In this document: one piece after another, positions 10,437-22,127 of the stretch | Layout of the letters: every line of letters starts with the position of its first letter | How positions within the stretch are numbered: the first letter of the stretch is position 1 | Program-made: the position numbers and the translations under genes | The notes under the pieces: generated by a model | What the model saw: only the letters and a program-made list of their open reading frames with translations | What the model was told of the DNA's origin: nothing | Database searches by the model: none | Source: Candidatus Oxydemutatoraceae bacterium | GTDB lineage: Bacteria > Pseudomonadota > Gammaproteobacteria > Poriferisulfidales > Oxydemutatoraceae | Reading direction: 5' to 3' | Assembly (NCBI GenBank): GCA_965220085.1 | Contig: CBDCOZ010000003.1 | Span: 1,952,001-2,016,000 of the forward strand | DNA length: 64,000 bases

Positions 10437-11104
10437 ATTTATAAATAGTTATATAAATATAACTATGTGTGCCCAGGACTCTCCCGCGAGGGGGAGTATT
10501 TATAAATAGTTATATAAATATAACTATGTGTGCCCGGGACTCTCCCGCGAGGGGGAGTATTTATAAATAGTTATATAAATATAACTATGTGTGCCCGGGA
10601 CTCTCCCGCGAGGGGGAGTATTTATAAATAGTTATATAAATATAACTATGTGTGCCCGGGACTCTCCCGCGAGGGGGAGTATTTATAAATAGTTATATAA
10701 ATATAACTATGTGTGCCCAGGACTCTCCCGCGAGGGGGAGTATTTATAAATAGTTATATAAATATAACTATGTGTGCCCAGGACTCTCCCGCGAGGGGAG
10801 TATTTATAAATAGTTATATAAATATAACTATGTGTGCCCGGGACTCTCCCGCGAGGGGGAGTATTTATAAATAGTTATATAAATATAACTATGTGTGCCT
10901 GGGACTCTCCCGCGAGGGGGAGTATTTATAAATAGTTATATAAATATAACTATGTGTGCCCGGGACTCTCCCGCGAGGGGAGTATTTATAAATAGTTATA
11001 TAAATATAACTATGTGTGCCCAGGACTCTCCCGCGAGGGGAGTATTTATAAATAGTTATATAAATATAACTATGTGTGCCCAGGACTCTCCCGCGAGGGG
11101 AGAG
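10417..11104. repeat. Tandem array, 11 full 60/61-bp units plus a terminal hairpin
   Basis: Unit gactctcccgcgagggg(g)agtatttataaatagttatataaatataactatgtgtgccc(a/g)g; starts at 10417, 10477, 10538 ... 11024, partial at 11084. Confidence 0.97.
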
Positions 11105-11516
11105 TTGGAAAGGATAAGCAACGCATACCGTCCGTACGGCGGACTCTGCTCTGCCGACTTTCTCGCCGAGGGAGCGCCATGACGGCGCTACGGTAATGGT
11201 CGTGGGTATCGGTCACCATCCTTCCTCACCGCATCGTCCGGCGCTTGTGCTCGGACCCTGAGACTTTCAAAAAAGATTGGAGTCATAGCGGGCTCTGCGA
11301 CTCTCTTGCAAGGGAACATCATGACAGCGCTCTTAAAAACGCTTCTTTGCGCAAAAAAATCACACCGTGAATTGTGCGATTAGACCGTTCGTCAGACAAT
11401 CTATGCCGCCTGTCCTATCCGATGACTGCATCTCCTAAAGTAGCGCTACTATCCGGCATGAAGGCTTTGAATATAGTCTTTGAGTTAATGTTATCATGCG
11501 GTGTGGAGGCACAATT

Positions 11517-12470
11517 ATGAAAAAACCTAAAAACTTAAAAGTAGAAGATACGGCGGGGGTTGCTTATAGCCCCGTCGATAACTTGACCGACGCAGGCTTT
11601 GACAAACAGAAAGCAGGCGCGATTGTCGACGAGCAACTTGCGCTGGTGCGCAAACACTTGAACACTCTGCTAACCAGAGAAGAATTTGCCAAGTTTAAAG
11701 TGGTGATCGAAGAAAGATTAGCCGAGCTTGAGTTAGCGCTCAAAGAAAACAAGGCTCAGTGGAAAGAAGAGTTGGACAAGTTTGAGTCGGCCATGAAAGA
11801 AGCGCTGGCCGAGTTAGCGACGAAAGAAGAATTGGCCAATCTTGAATCGGTCATGAAAGAAGAGCTGACCAAGTTGAGCGAAGCGTTAGCCAATCTGGCG
11901 ACGAAAGAAGAACTGGACAAGTCTGAGGCAACGATCAAAGGACACATAGAGCGGTTGGAAAAAGAATTGACCAAGTTGGGCGAAGAGTTGGACGATCTGG
12001 CGACGAAAAAAGAGTTAGGCGAGTTCAAGTCGGAAACCAAAGAAAACATAGATCGGTTGGAAAAAGAATTGGCTCGGTTGAGAGAAAAGTTAACCCAGTT
12101 TGAATTGGCAATAAAAGAAGGCTTAGCCAAGTTCAAGTCAGAAACCCAAAAAGACATAGCTCAGTTGCAAAAGGAATTGGCCGAGTTGAAAAAAGCGTTT
12201 GCTGAGTTCAAGTCAGAAGTTAAAAAAGATCTGGAGCGGTTGAGAAAGGACATAACCGAGTTGAGAAAAGAGTTGGACGAGTTCAAGTCAGAAATGAAAA
12301 AAGTATTGGAAAATATGGCGACCAAAGAAGACCTGAAAAATCTGGCAACCAAAAAAGACTTGGAACATATGGCGACCAAAGAAGACGTGGCTAAGGCGAC
12401 AATAGGAATCATAAAGTGGCTTGTATTAACCGCACTTGCGTTAGCGGCTGTGATAGCCGCATTTATGTAA
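11517..12470 (+). CDS. DUF1640/CCDC90-like coiled-coil protein with C-terminal membrane anchor
   Basis: Head LTDAGFDKQKAGAIV, repeated (L/M)ATK(E/K)(E/D)L necks, heptad stalk, terminal IIKWLVLTALALAAVIAAFM; GGAGG upstream. Confidence 0.75.
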   Translation: MKKPKNLKVEDTAGVAYSPVDNLTDAGFDKQKAGAIVDEQLALVRKHLNTLLTREEFAKFKVVIEERLAELELALKENKAQWKEELDKFESAMKEALAELATKEELANLESVMKEELTKLSEALANLATKEELDKSEATIKGHIERLEKELTKLGEELDDLATKKELGEFKSETKENIDRLEKELARLREKLTQFELAIKEGLAKFKSETQKDIAQLQKELAELKKAFAEFKSEVKKDLERLRKDITELRKELDEFKSEMKKVLENMATKEDLKNLATKKDLEHMATKEDVAKATIGIIKWLVLTALALAAVIAAFM

Positions 12471-12557
12471 CTCTTTGCTTAGGCCTGTGCCGTATCCTGT
12501 TCGCGCCGACAGAGGGAGCGCGCTTCGCAGACAGCGCTCCCCCTCCGGCATAGCGCA

Positions 12558-13073
12558 GTTGCCCCGACTCCCGCGCCGGGCGAATGATTGCCTGTTGCGC
12601 ATCGTGCTTCCGGTTTGCGCTGCCCCGACTCCCGCGCCGGGCGAATGATCGCCTGTTGCGCATCGTGCTTCCGGTTTGCGTTGCCCCGACTCCCGCGCCG
12701 GGCGAATGATCGCCTGTTGCGCATCGTGCTTCCGGTTTGCGTTGCGCCGCCTCCCGCGCCGGGCGAATGATTGCCTGTTGCGCATCGTGCTTCCGGTTTG
12801 CGCTGCCCCGACTCCCGCGCCGGGCGAATGATTGCCTGTTGCGCATCGTGCTTCCGGTTTGCGTTGCCCCGACTCCCGCGCCGGGCGAATGATCGCCTGT
12901 TGCGCATCGTGCTTCCGGTTTGCGTTGCCCCGACTCCCGCGCCGGACGAATGATCGCCTGTTGCGCATCGTGCTTCCGGTTTGCGCTGCGCCGACTCCCG
13001 CGCCGGGCGAATGATCGCCTGTTGCGCATCGTGCTTCCGGTTTGCGCTGCCCCGACTCCCGCGCCGGGCGAAT
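12558..13073. repeat. Tandem array, 8 full 61-bp GC-rich units plus a partial unit
   Basis: Unit g(t/c)tgccccgactcccgcgccgggcgaatgat(t/c)gcctgttgcgcatcgtgcttccggtttgc, period 61. Confidence 0.97.
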
Positions 13074-13084
13074 ATTGCGCGCGT

Positions 13085-13170
13085 TACATGCGTGAAAATA
13101 GCGATGAAACATCGCCGCTTTACAACAGCCTCCGCGGAGGCTTGGGCGGAGTCACGTATCAGCCCGCGGG
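13085..13170. repeat. Diverged ~85-bp element, inverted copy of 4105-4190
   Basis: gtgaaaatagcgatga (13092) ... gggcggagtca (13144) ... agcccgc. Confidence 0.85.
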
Positions 13171-13845
13171 TTATTTCCTTGCTATCCAGCACTGGCTTAA
13201 CGCCAGATTTTTGAAAAGCCTTGCTAACAGGGGAATGTAAACGCTGACTCCTATATACACCTCGGTAGTCGCATACCTGAGCGGCGTAAATCCGTGGTAA
13301 CGGAGCAAGCGCTTGAGCCCTTTGACGGTGAACCCGTTGCAGTGGGTTCTGTTATTCGTCGATTTCGGATAGCCGACCCCCAACTGGATATTGGCGGTAT
13401 GAAACGTGGTCGGGTTCAGGCCGAACAGCAGAGAAAGCCGCTCGTGTAAAGCGGCCAGATTGGGAGTGCCGCAGACAAAGTGTCCGCCTTTGCGCAACAC
13501 TCTGTGGATCTCATCGAGCGCGTGATCCACTTCATAAATATGTTCTAACACCTGATTACACGATACGATGTCCAGCGATTCCGCAGCAAACGGCAGGTCG
13601 CTTTTGTTCAAGTCCAAAAATTCCAGAGAAGCCAAGCGGTGTTGCTTGGGATACTTTCCGTCCCAGCCTTCGCAATCTATGCCGTGAATCTCAGCGTCGC
13701 GGAATGTTTGCTTCAGAGCAAATATGGCTTCCTTGTCACAGCAACCTATCTCCAGAACCTTCCGCACTTGCTCCTCTTTCAAGGAAGCTATCATGGAGAA
13801 ATACAGGTTTCTGTCTTTGCGTCTATACGGCGTCATGGCCCGCAA
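13171..13845 (-). CDS. Class I SAM-dependent methyltransferase
   Basis: VLEIGC, LPFAAESLDIV, QVLEHI, HRVLRKGG motifs; start may be ATG 13836. Confidence 0.85.
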   Translation of the reverse strand: MRAMTPYRRKDRNLYFSMIASLKEEQVRKVLEIGCCDKEAIFALKQTFRDAEIHGIDCEGWDGKYPKQHRLASLEFLDLNKSDLPFAAESLDIVSCNQVLEHIYEVDHALDEIHRVLRKGGHFVCGTPNLAALHERLSLLFGLNPTTFHTANIQLGVGYPKSTNNRTHCNGFTVKGLKRLLRYHGFTPLRYATTEVYIGVSVYIPLLARLFKNLALSQCWIARK

Positions 13846-13933
13846 CTGCCTCTGCCGGGAGGTCTGTGAGTCGCGGCGGAGCTATCACAGCCCTTCTTGT
13901 CAAGCGCCATGTTCATCGGCGGTGCGCCGGAGT

Positions 13934-15148
<1,215 letters not shown>

Positions 15149-15321
15149 CTATCCGTCAATTATTGAATGCCCGCAGGCCAATCTGCAACAAACCCGCTTC
15201 AAATTCCGCAAATCCTTCCCGAAGAGGTGACAAGCGCTCATTGAATGCATTCCTGCGTATCCTGCCTTACTCCCCTTGTGTGTCCCGTAATACTCCCCTG
15301 CTCCGCCGCCGGGTACTCGCA

Positions 15322-17022
15322 TTATCGTAGCGGGCCTTCCAGGAAAAGGCGCAGGCGCAAGCGCAGACCCGGGTCCGCGCCTTCCACTGCTATGCCAAAG
15401 GGCAGGCTGGCCGTATCGTCGCTTTCGGTGTTGTTGTCGGCATCCGCCACTGTCCAGATATAGGTAGCGGAAGTCGCCGCCGCTCTGGGGATGCCGCTGA
15501 TGGTGCGGGTGGCGGGCTCAAGGCTTAGGCCCGCCGGCAGAGCCGGGGTCAGGGCATAGGTCAGCTCACCATTGCCGCCGCTGGCCGCAGGCAGGGTCAG
15601 GTCGGTGATGGCGGCGCCGGTCACCCAGCTCTGGTCGGCGATGGCGGCATCGGCGGCAAAGGCCGGCGCCGTATCCGTACTTACCTCTATGCCGAAGGTC
15701 AGCGTATCGGTATCGTTGATCATGGTATTGCTGTCGCCATCGGAGACCCGGTAGGCATAGGTGACACTTGTAGCGGAGGCAGGTGTGCCGCTGATAGTAC
15801 GCGTGTCGGCATCAAAGGCGAGACCCGCGGGCAACGCCGGAATCAGGGCATAGGTCAGCGCGCCATCGCCGCCGCTGGCCGCAGGCAACACCACATCGGT
15901 GATGGCGGCGCCGATGATCCAAACCTGATCATCCGCCGAGGCATCGCCAAAGGCGGGCACACTGTTCACCAGCCTGCCGACGCTGCATCGCTCCTCGGAG
16001 GCCGGAGGGGAGAACTGATCCATAAAGGAAACGCAGACGCGTATGTGCTTGCCGGTCTGGGCCGCAAGCGGTGTGAAGTCGGAGAAAGTGATGCCTGTGG
16101 CAGTGGCGCCGGGTATATCGCTGTAATCACTGGTTAAAGGGGCGCGACCTCTGTCGGGGGAAGCGCCCTGTTGCCACTTCCAGGCCAGGGTAGCGACATC
16201 GATGCCGTTGGGTTCTGTCACACCGGTTATCGATGCCGTAAGCGGCACACCTACGTAATAGGCGGTGGCGGCGCCCGTAGCAGTCGCTACCGTGGGCACA
16301 CCGCTGGCGGCCGTCTGCGTGGATGCCCCTGCCAGGTTGATGGTCATCGTGGCCTCAGTAGCAACTGGCGATGTTCCAAATGTTTCGATGCTGAAGCGGA
16401 AACTGGTAGCGGTGACAGAGATGTCATCGGTTGGCGGGGTGTATCGGAGTTTGTTTTCGGAGTTGGCAGGTGAAAAATGAGGCATGTGGAATGAGCGACC
16501 CCTCTGGTTATCACGACCGAGCTGGCCGATGAAGAGATTGAAGGTGCCATCGTCCTCATAGAAAAGGGTGCCAAGATCAGGCAAACTTTCGATGTACAGG
16601 GTGCCGCCTGTGAAACCGGGGAAGTCGGCCAACCGGAAAGTATAAGTGTCCCCGCCAAGTTCGACATCAACACTGCTGTCTTGGGCGGTTTGCGCGTTCG
16701 CCCCGGTTGCGCCCAATGCCAGGCACAGCGCGGCCGCGCCGATGCGCCGCAAAATTGCGTAACCCGCGTCTGCGTCAAGGGGCAGGCAATGTATGGCAAC
16801 CGCGACGATGCGACGCGCCGCCGCCCGCGCGGGTGCGAAGAGCGCCGCAAACCATAGCGCAAGCCGAGGCGCCGCCGGAAGACGCATCCGCGTTGCGGAT
16901 GGCGAGTTGCGGTGTGCGGGTGGCAGAAAGCGAGCGGCGAGGCGATATAGCCGGGAGTCCGCAATCCCCCTATTTACACAGCGCACGGGGGAGGGGGGGG
17001 GGGGGGGGGGTAGTATTAACAT
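15322..17022 (-). CDS. LEGPLR family gene 5: secreted protein with cadherin-like, Ig-like and two putative-Ig (He_PIG-like) domains
   Basis: G18 at 16993-17010 (C18 on coding strand); signal ending ANA-Q; two LPAASGG..LTYAL.PALPAGL....TRTISG repeats; ends LRLRLRLFLEGPLR; the homologous start at 17035 is out of frame. Confidence 0.8.
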   Translation of the reverse strand: MLILPPPPPPSPVRCVNRGIADSRLYRLAARFLPPAHRNSPSATRMRLPAAPRLALWFAALFAPARAAARRIVAVAIHCLPLDADAGYAILRRIGAAALCLALGATGANAQTAQDSSVDVELGGDTYTFRLADFPGFTGGTLYIESLPDLGTLFYEDDGTFNLFIGQLGRDNQRGRSFHMPHFSPANSENKLRYTPPTDDISVTATSFRFSIETFGTSPVATEATMTINLAGASTQTAASGVPTVATATGAATAYYVGVPLTASITGVTEPNGIDVATLAWKWQQGASPDRGRAPLTSDYSDIPGATATGITFSDFTPLAAQTGKHIRVCVSFMDQFSPPASEERCSVGRLVNSVPAFGDASADDQVWIIGAAITDVVLPAASGGDGALTYALIPALPAGLAFDADTRTISGTPASATSVTYAYRVSDGDSNTMINDTDTLTFGIEVSTDTAPAFAADAAIADQSWVTGAAITDLTLPAASGGNGELTYALTPALPAGLSLEPATRTISGIPRAAATSATYIWTVADADNNTESDDTASLPFGIAVEGADPGLRLRLRLFLEGPLR

Positions 17023-17260
17023 TTTGTTGCTTCATATCTATCTATACTGATGTAACATATGTCATGTTTCTGGTAAATGCGGTTGCATGTAGTATGTGCA
17101 CAAACAACTCCGTTGTTTGTAGCTTTTGCATGGAGCACAAACAATTGAGTATGGTTTGCGTTCCATCACTGTTTGCGGATTGTTTAGCGCCGTGTGCTCT
17201 GCCACAAGGCGCAAGTCATTTACAAGAGTTAAGTTGCTCATTGTTTCCCTCCTTTGGCGT

Positions 17261-17290
17261 ACTCTACCACAGAGTACGGGTCATTTGCAA
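17261..17290 (-). promoter_or_regulatory. Putative sigma70 promoter of LEGPLR gene 5
   Basis: TTGCAA-18 nt-TAGAGT on the minus strand; flanks match the gene 1/2 promoters. Confidence 0.5.
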
Positions 17291-17358
17291 GCGCCTCCTG
17301 CCCTGCTCCCCTTGTCTGCGCCCCATATGCTCCCCTGCTCCGCCGCAGGATACTCGCG

Positions 17359-17410
17359 CTATCGCAACGGGCCTTCCAGAAAAAGGCGCGGGCACAGGGC
17401 GGCGGGAGCA
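17359..17410 (-). pseudogene. Orphan 3' tail of a lost LEGPLR gene
   Basis: Minus strand reads ..PAALCPRLFLEGPLR* with in-frame stops just upstream; followed by the family post-stop element gcggcggagcaggggag. Confidence 0.75.
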
Positions 17411-17681
17411 GCGCATGACAGCGCCGGTTAAGCCGTTCATGCCATCGCGCGGATATTTGCGCCGCCGCGCATAGCGTGATGAGCGGCTGGGGCGGCAGGC
17501 GTCCATGCCGGCTTCTATCCCGCGTTGCTGCCGGGAGCCCGCAATGTTTGCGGCATTATCCGGGGCGGGCGGCGCAGAAACCTGCGGCAAGCAAACTTGA
17601 AAATCGGGCATGCTGATATAATAGCGCACGAACCATGCCCAAAGTATTTGTCTCCGCCGAAACGCCGACGCCGAAACACCG

Positions 17682-19982
17682 TTGAAAAAGAAAGTCATCT
17701 CCAAAGCAACCGCCAAACGGTTACAAAAACCGCAGACACGACCGCCGGGCTCCGGGTTGCTCAAACGCCTGCGCACCGCCATCGGCGCCATGCTGGTTGT
17801 CATCATCGCTTACCTGTTATTGGTATTGCTCGGCTACCACCCCGACGACCCGTCGTGGGCAAACAATGTTCCTGCCGACCAAACCCGCAATCCCGGCGGC
17901 GTCATCGGCGCATGGATTGCATACACCTTGTATTTTTTCCTCGGCGGCCCGGCGCTTGTTTTGTTCCCGCTCGCCATCGGCCTGAGCGCGTGGCACTACT
18001 TTAAGCAGGAAGAGAGCGCCCCGTCCTTTCTCAACGAGCACCTGATCAACTGGCTGACATTTGTGCTGACGATCATCGCGTGTTGCGGGCTGGCATCGCT
18101 GCATTTTGTCGGCCACGAACTGCCATTGACGGCGGGCGGGCGGGTCGGCGAGGTGGCGGCGCGCAATTTTGTCAGCGTATTCGGAATGGTCGGCTCCACG
18201 GTGCTATTGACCGGCCTTGCGGTCACCGGCTTCACCCTGATGACCGGCATTTCGTGGCTCAAAGTCATGGATGCCATCGGCGCTTCGATATTCCGCCTGC
18301 TGGATTGGGGCAAAGAGCTGCGCGAACGCCGCGCCACGCAACTCGCCGCGGAAGACCGAGAGAAGAGAATCGTGCAAAGGAAGAAAAAGTTGTCTATTGA
18401 TACGCCGCCGCGGATTGAACCGCAGGTCAAATCGGTCGGGCCGAGCAAACGCCAGCGGCGCGAGCGGCAGATCGGATTGCCCCAAGTGAAATCGTCCGAT
18501 GAGTTGCCGGCGCTGAGTTTGCTGGATGCCTCGGCCGAAGAAGTCGCGGCGTATTCCGAAAAAGAGCTCAACCAAATGGCGAAGCAATTGGAGATCAAGT
18601 TGCAGGACTTCGGCATTGAAGCGGAGGTCACCGAAGCGCAGCCCGGCCCGATCATCACGCGCTTTGAATTGTTGCCGGCGCCCGGCACCAAAGCGTCCTC
18701 TATCAGCAATCTGGAGAAGGACCTGGCGCGCTCCATGTCGGTTCCGAGTCTGCGCGTCGTTGAAGTGATTCCGGGCAAATCGGTGGTCGGCATAGAAATT
18801 CCGAATCAGCGACCGTCCGTTGTGCGGCTGGGAGAAATTCTCGGTTCGCAAAAATACGACGAAGCCAAATCGCCTCTGACGCTCGCGCTCGGCAAAGGCA
18901 TTACCGGCGAAGCGACGATGGTGAATCTGGAAAGCCTGCCCCATCTGCTGGCGGCGGGCACGACCGGGGCCGGCAAGTCGGTGGCGGTACATGTCATGCT
19001 GCTCAGTCTCTTGTTTAAGAATCTTCCCCGACAGGTGCGCCTGATTCTGATCGACCCCAAGATGCTGGAACTCAAAACCTACGAAAACATCCCCCACTTG
19101 CTGACGCCGGTGATTACCGATATGAACGAAGCAGCCGGCGTCCTGAACTGGGCGGTGGCCGAAATGGAACGGCGTTATCAATTGATGGCAAGCGTCGGCG
19201 CGCGCAATATCGGCGGGCTGAACCAGCGCATCGCCGAAGCGCAGAACCGCGGGCAGCCGCTGCGCGACCCGTTGCTTGAGAATAGCGACGGCGAAGAGGG
19301 GGAAGCGAATGAGGCGCCGCTGCTGGAAGCGATGCCCTATATCGTCATCGTCATAGACGAGTTTGCGGACATGATGATGGTCGCCGGCAAAAAAGTCGAG
19401 GAACTGATTATCCGCCTGGCGCAAAAAGCCCGCGCCGCCGGCCTGCACCTGATTCTTGCGACCCAACGGCCTTCCGTCGATATCATCACCGGTCTGGTCA
19501 AAGCAAACATTCCGGCGCGGATCGCTTTTCAGGTGTCGTCCAAAGTCGATTCGCGAACCATCCTGGACCAAAACGGCGCCGAACAACTGCTCGGCAAAGG
19601 CGACATGTTATTCCTCGCCCCCGGCGGCGGCTTGCCGGAACGCATCCACGGCGCGTTTGTCAGCGATCGGGAAGTCGCCAAGGTGACGGATTTTCTGCGC
19701 CGGACGGGAACGCCGCAATACGAAGACCTGCTCGCTGCGCCGACAGCCGGCGCGGGCGGCGCGGGCGGCGGACAAGGCGATGACCCGCTGTTTGACGAAG
19801 CCGTCGCCATCGTCACCGCATCCAACAAGGCCTCCATATCGCATCTGCAACGCCGCCTCAAGATCGGCTATAACCGCGCCGCCAGAATGATAGAGGACAT
19901 GGAAGCCGCCGGCATTGTCAGCGCGGTGCAATCCAACGGCAGCCGCGAAGTGCTGGCGCCGCGCGAAGGTCGCGAATCATGA
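17682..19982 (+). CDS. ftsK: DNA translocase FtsK
   Basis: 4TM N-terminus, [14 protein letters not shown] Walker A, ATQRPSVD, gamma domain [14 protein letters not shown]. Confidence 0.97.
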   Translation: MKKKVISKATAKRLQKPQTRPPGSGLLKRLRTAIGAMLVVIIAYLLLVLLGYHPDDPSWANNVPADQTRNPGGVIGAWIAYTLYFFLGGPALVLFPLAIGLSAWHYFKQEESAPSFLNEHLINWLTFVLTIIACCGLASLHFVGHELPLTAGGRVGEVAARNFVSVFGMVGSTVLLTGLAVTGFTLMTGISWLKVMDAIGASIFRLLDWGKELRERRATQLAAEDREKRIVQRKKKLSIDTPPRIEPQVKSVGPSKRQRRERQIGLPQVKSSDELPALSLLDASAEEVAAYSEKELNQMAKQLEIKLQDFGIEAEVTEAQPGPIITRFELLPAPGTKASSISNLEKDLARSMSVPSLRVVEVIPGKSVVGIEIPNQRPSVVRLGEILGSQKYDEAKSPLTLALGKGITGEATMVNLESLPHLLAAGTTGAGKSVAVHVMLLSLLFKNLPRQVRLILIDPKMLELKTYENIPHLLTPVITDMNEAAGVLNWAVAEMERRYQLMASVGARNIGGLNQRIAEAQNRGQPLRDPLLENSDGEEGEANEAPLLEAMPYIVIVIDEFADMMMVAGKKVEELIIRLAQKARAAGLHLILATQRPSVDIITGLVKANIPARIAFQVSSKVDSRTILDQNGAEQLLGKGDMLFLAPGGGLPERIHGAFVSDREVAKVTDFLRRTGTPQYEDLLAAPTAGAGGAGGGQGDDPLFDEAVAIVTASNKASISHLQRRLKIGYNRAARMIEDMEAAGIVSAVQSNGSREVLAPREGRES

Positions 19983-20797
19983 TGCGCCGCCTCAAGATCG
20001 GCTATAACCGCGCCGCCAGAATGATAGAGGACATGGAAGCCGCCGGCATTGTCAGCGCAGCGCAATCCAACGGCAGCCGCGAAGCGCTGGCGCCGCGCGA
20101 AGGTCGCGAATCATGATGCGCCGCCTCAAGATCGGCTATAACCGCGCCGCCAAAATGACAGAGGACATGGAAGCCGCCGGCATTGTCAGCGCAGCGCAAT
20201 CCAACGGCAGCCGCGAAGCGCTGGCGCCGCGCGAAGGTCGCGAATCATGATGCGCCGCCTCAAGATCGGCTATAACCGCGCCGCCAAAATGACAGAGGAC
20301 ATGGAAGCCGCCGGCATTGTCAGCGCAGCGCAATCCAACGGCAGCCGCGAAGCGCTGGCGCCGCGCGAAGGTCGCGAATCATGATGCGCCGCCTCAAGAT
20401 CGGCTATAACCGCGCCGCCAGAATGACAGAGGACATGGAAGCCGCCGGCATTGTCAGCGCAGCGCAATCCAACGGCAGCCGCGAAGCGCTGGCGCCGCGC
20501 GAAGGTCGCGAATCATGATGCGCCGCCTCAAGATCGGCCATAACCGCGCCGCCAGAATGACAGAGGACATGGAAGCCGCCGGCATTGTCAGCGCAGCGCA
20601 ATCCAACGGCAGCCGCGAGGCGCTGGCGCCGCGCGAAGGTCGCGAATCATGATGCGCCGCCTCAAGATCGGCTATAACCGCGCCGCCAGAATGACAGAGG
20701 ACATGGAAGCCGCCGGCATTGTCAGCGCAGCGCAATCCAACGGCAACCGCGAAGCGCTGGCGCCGCGCGAAGGTCGCGAATCATGATGCGCCGCCTC
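19851..20797. repeat. Tandem array, 7 x 134 bp, across the ftsK/lolA junction
   Basis: cgccgcctc at 19851, 19985, 20119, 20253, 20387, 20521, 20655 and 20789 (9-bp microhomology). Confidence 0.97.
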
Positions 20798-21397
20798 GGA
20801 CTTTTGCTCTTGTGGCTGCCGTGTGTCGGCTCCGCCGGCGCACTCGACGACCTCTACCACTTTTTTCAGGCGACAACATTTGAGGCAGACTTTGCGCAGA
20901 AAGTCTATGACGATGAAGATCAATTGCTGGAGACTTCCCAAGGCTTTGTGCTGTTCCGCCGCCCGGGGCAATTCCGCTGGGAATACCGCGCGCCCGAAAG
21001 TTACATCATCACGACCGACGGCATCAATCTGCTCGTCTATGACCCGGCTTTGTCTCAGGCCTATGTTCGCCCGACGATGGAAGCGCTCGGCACCGCGCCT
21101 TTGCGCCTGCTGTTAGACCGCCGCCGGGTCTTTGATGATTTTGATTTGGAACCGGTTGCGCGCGCCGACAAACTGAAGTGGGTACGCTTGACTCCGAAAG
21201 TGGACGACACCGAATTCACGCATTTTGAAGTCGGCTTTGCCGGGCACGGGATCAGCCGCATGGCGTTGTTCGATCGCTTTGATCAACGCATAGACATACG
21301 CTTTGACAATGTGAAGATCAACCCGGCGATAGCGGCAAGCCGTTTCAAACTCCGGTTGCCGCCGGACACCGATGTCATCGGCGACTACCTGCGCTGA
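20783..21397 (+). CDS. lolA: Outer-membrane lipoprotein chaperone LolA
   Basis: Follows ftsK; signal peptide, [14 protein letters not shown]. Confidence 0.92.
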   Translation: MMRRLGLLLLWLPCVGSAGALDDLYHFFQATTFEADFAQKVYDDEDQLLETSQGFVLFRRPGQFRWEYRAPESYIITTDGINLLVYDPALSQAYVRPTMEALGTAPLRLLLDRRRVFDDFDLEPVARADKLKWVRLTPKVDDTEFTHFEVGFAGHGISRMALFDRFDQRIDIRFDNVKINPAIAASRFKLRLPPDTDVIGDYLR

Positions 21398-22127
21398 ACC
21401 GAACCGCTATGCGGCCGGCGAGCGGAACAGCTTGGAAACGGGATTGACGTTTTTCACTTCCATCTGATCGACGCGCTTGCCGGCTTGCGTCAGGCCGTTA
21501 AACGACGGGCACACAAACAGGTTGCCATTCGCGGCAAGCCGTTTCAAACTCCGGTTGCCGCCGGACACCGATGTCATCGGCGACTACCTGCGCTGAACCG
21601 AACCGCTATGCGGCCGGCGAGCGGAACAGCTTGGAAACGGGATTGACGTTTTTCACTTCCATCTGATCGACGCGCCTGCCGGCTTGCGCCAGGCCGTTAA
21701 ACGACGGGCACACAAACAGGTTGCCATTCGCGGCAAGCCGGTTCAAACTCCGGTTGCCGCCGGACACCGATGTCATCGGCGACTACCTGCGCTGAACCGA
21801 ACCGCTATGCGGCCGGCGAGCGGAACAGCTTGGAAACGGGATTGACGTTTTTCACTTCAAACTGATCGACGCGCCTGTCGGCTTGCGTCAGGCCGTTAAA
21901 CGACGGGCACACAAACAGGTTGCCATTCGCGGCAAGCCGGTTCAAACTCCGGTTGCCGCCGGACACCGATGTCATCGGCGACTACCTGCGCTGAACCGAA
22001 CCGCTATGCGGCCGGCGAGCGGAACAGCTTGGAAACGGGATTGACGTTTTTCACTTCAAACTGATCGACGCGCCTGTCGGCTTGCGTCAGGCCGTTAAAC
22101 GACGGGCACACAAACAGATTGCCACTC
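21332..22127. repeat. Tandem array, 4 x 199 bp, across the convergent lolA / nucleotidyltransferase 3' ends
   Basis: gcggcaagccg at 21332, 21531, 21730, 21929. Confidence 0.97.

Noticed and set aside
10417-11104. CRISPR array (60-61 bp period with a hairpin)
   Set aside because: The would-be spacers are identical and no cas genes are visible; it is a tandem repeat.
12441-13240. CRISPR array, or repeat proteins from the long ORFs over the 61-bp array
   Set aside because: Units are near-identical. ORFs are open in several frames only because the GC-rich unit lacks stops on that strand.
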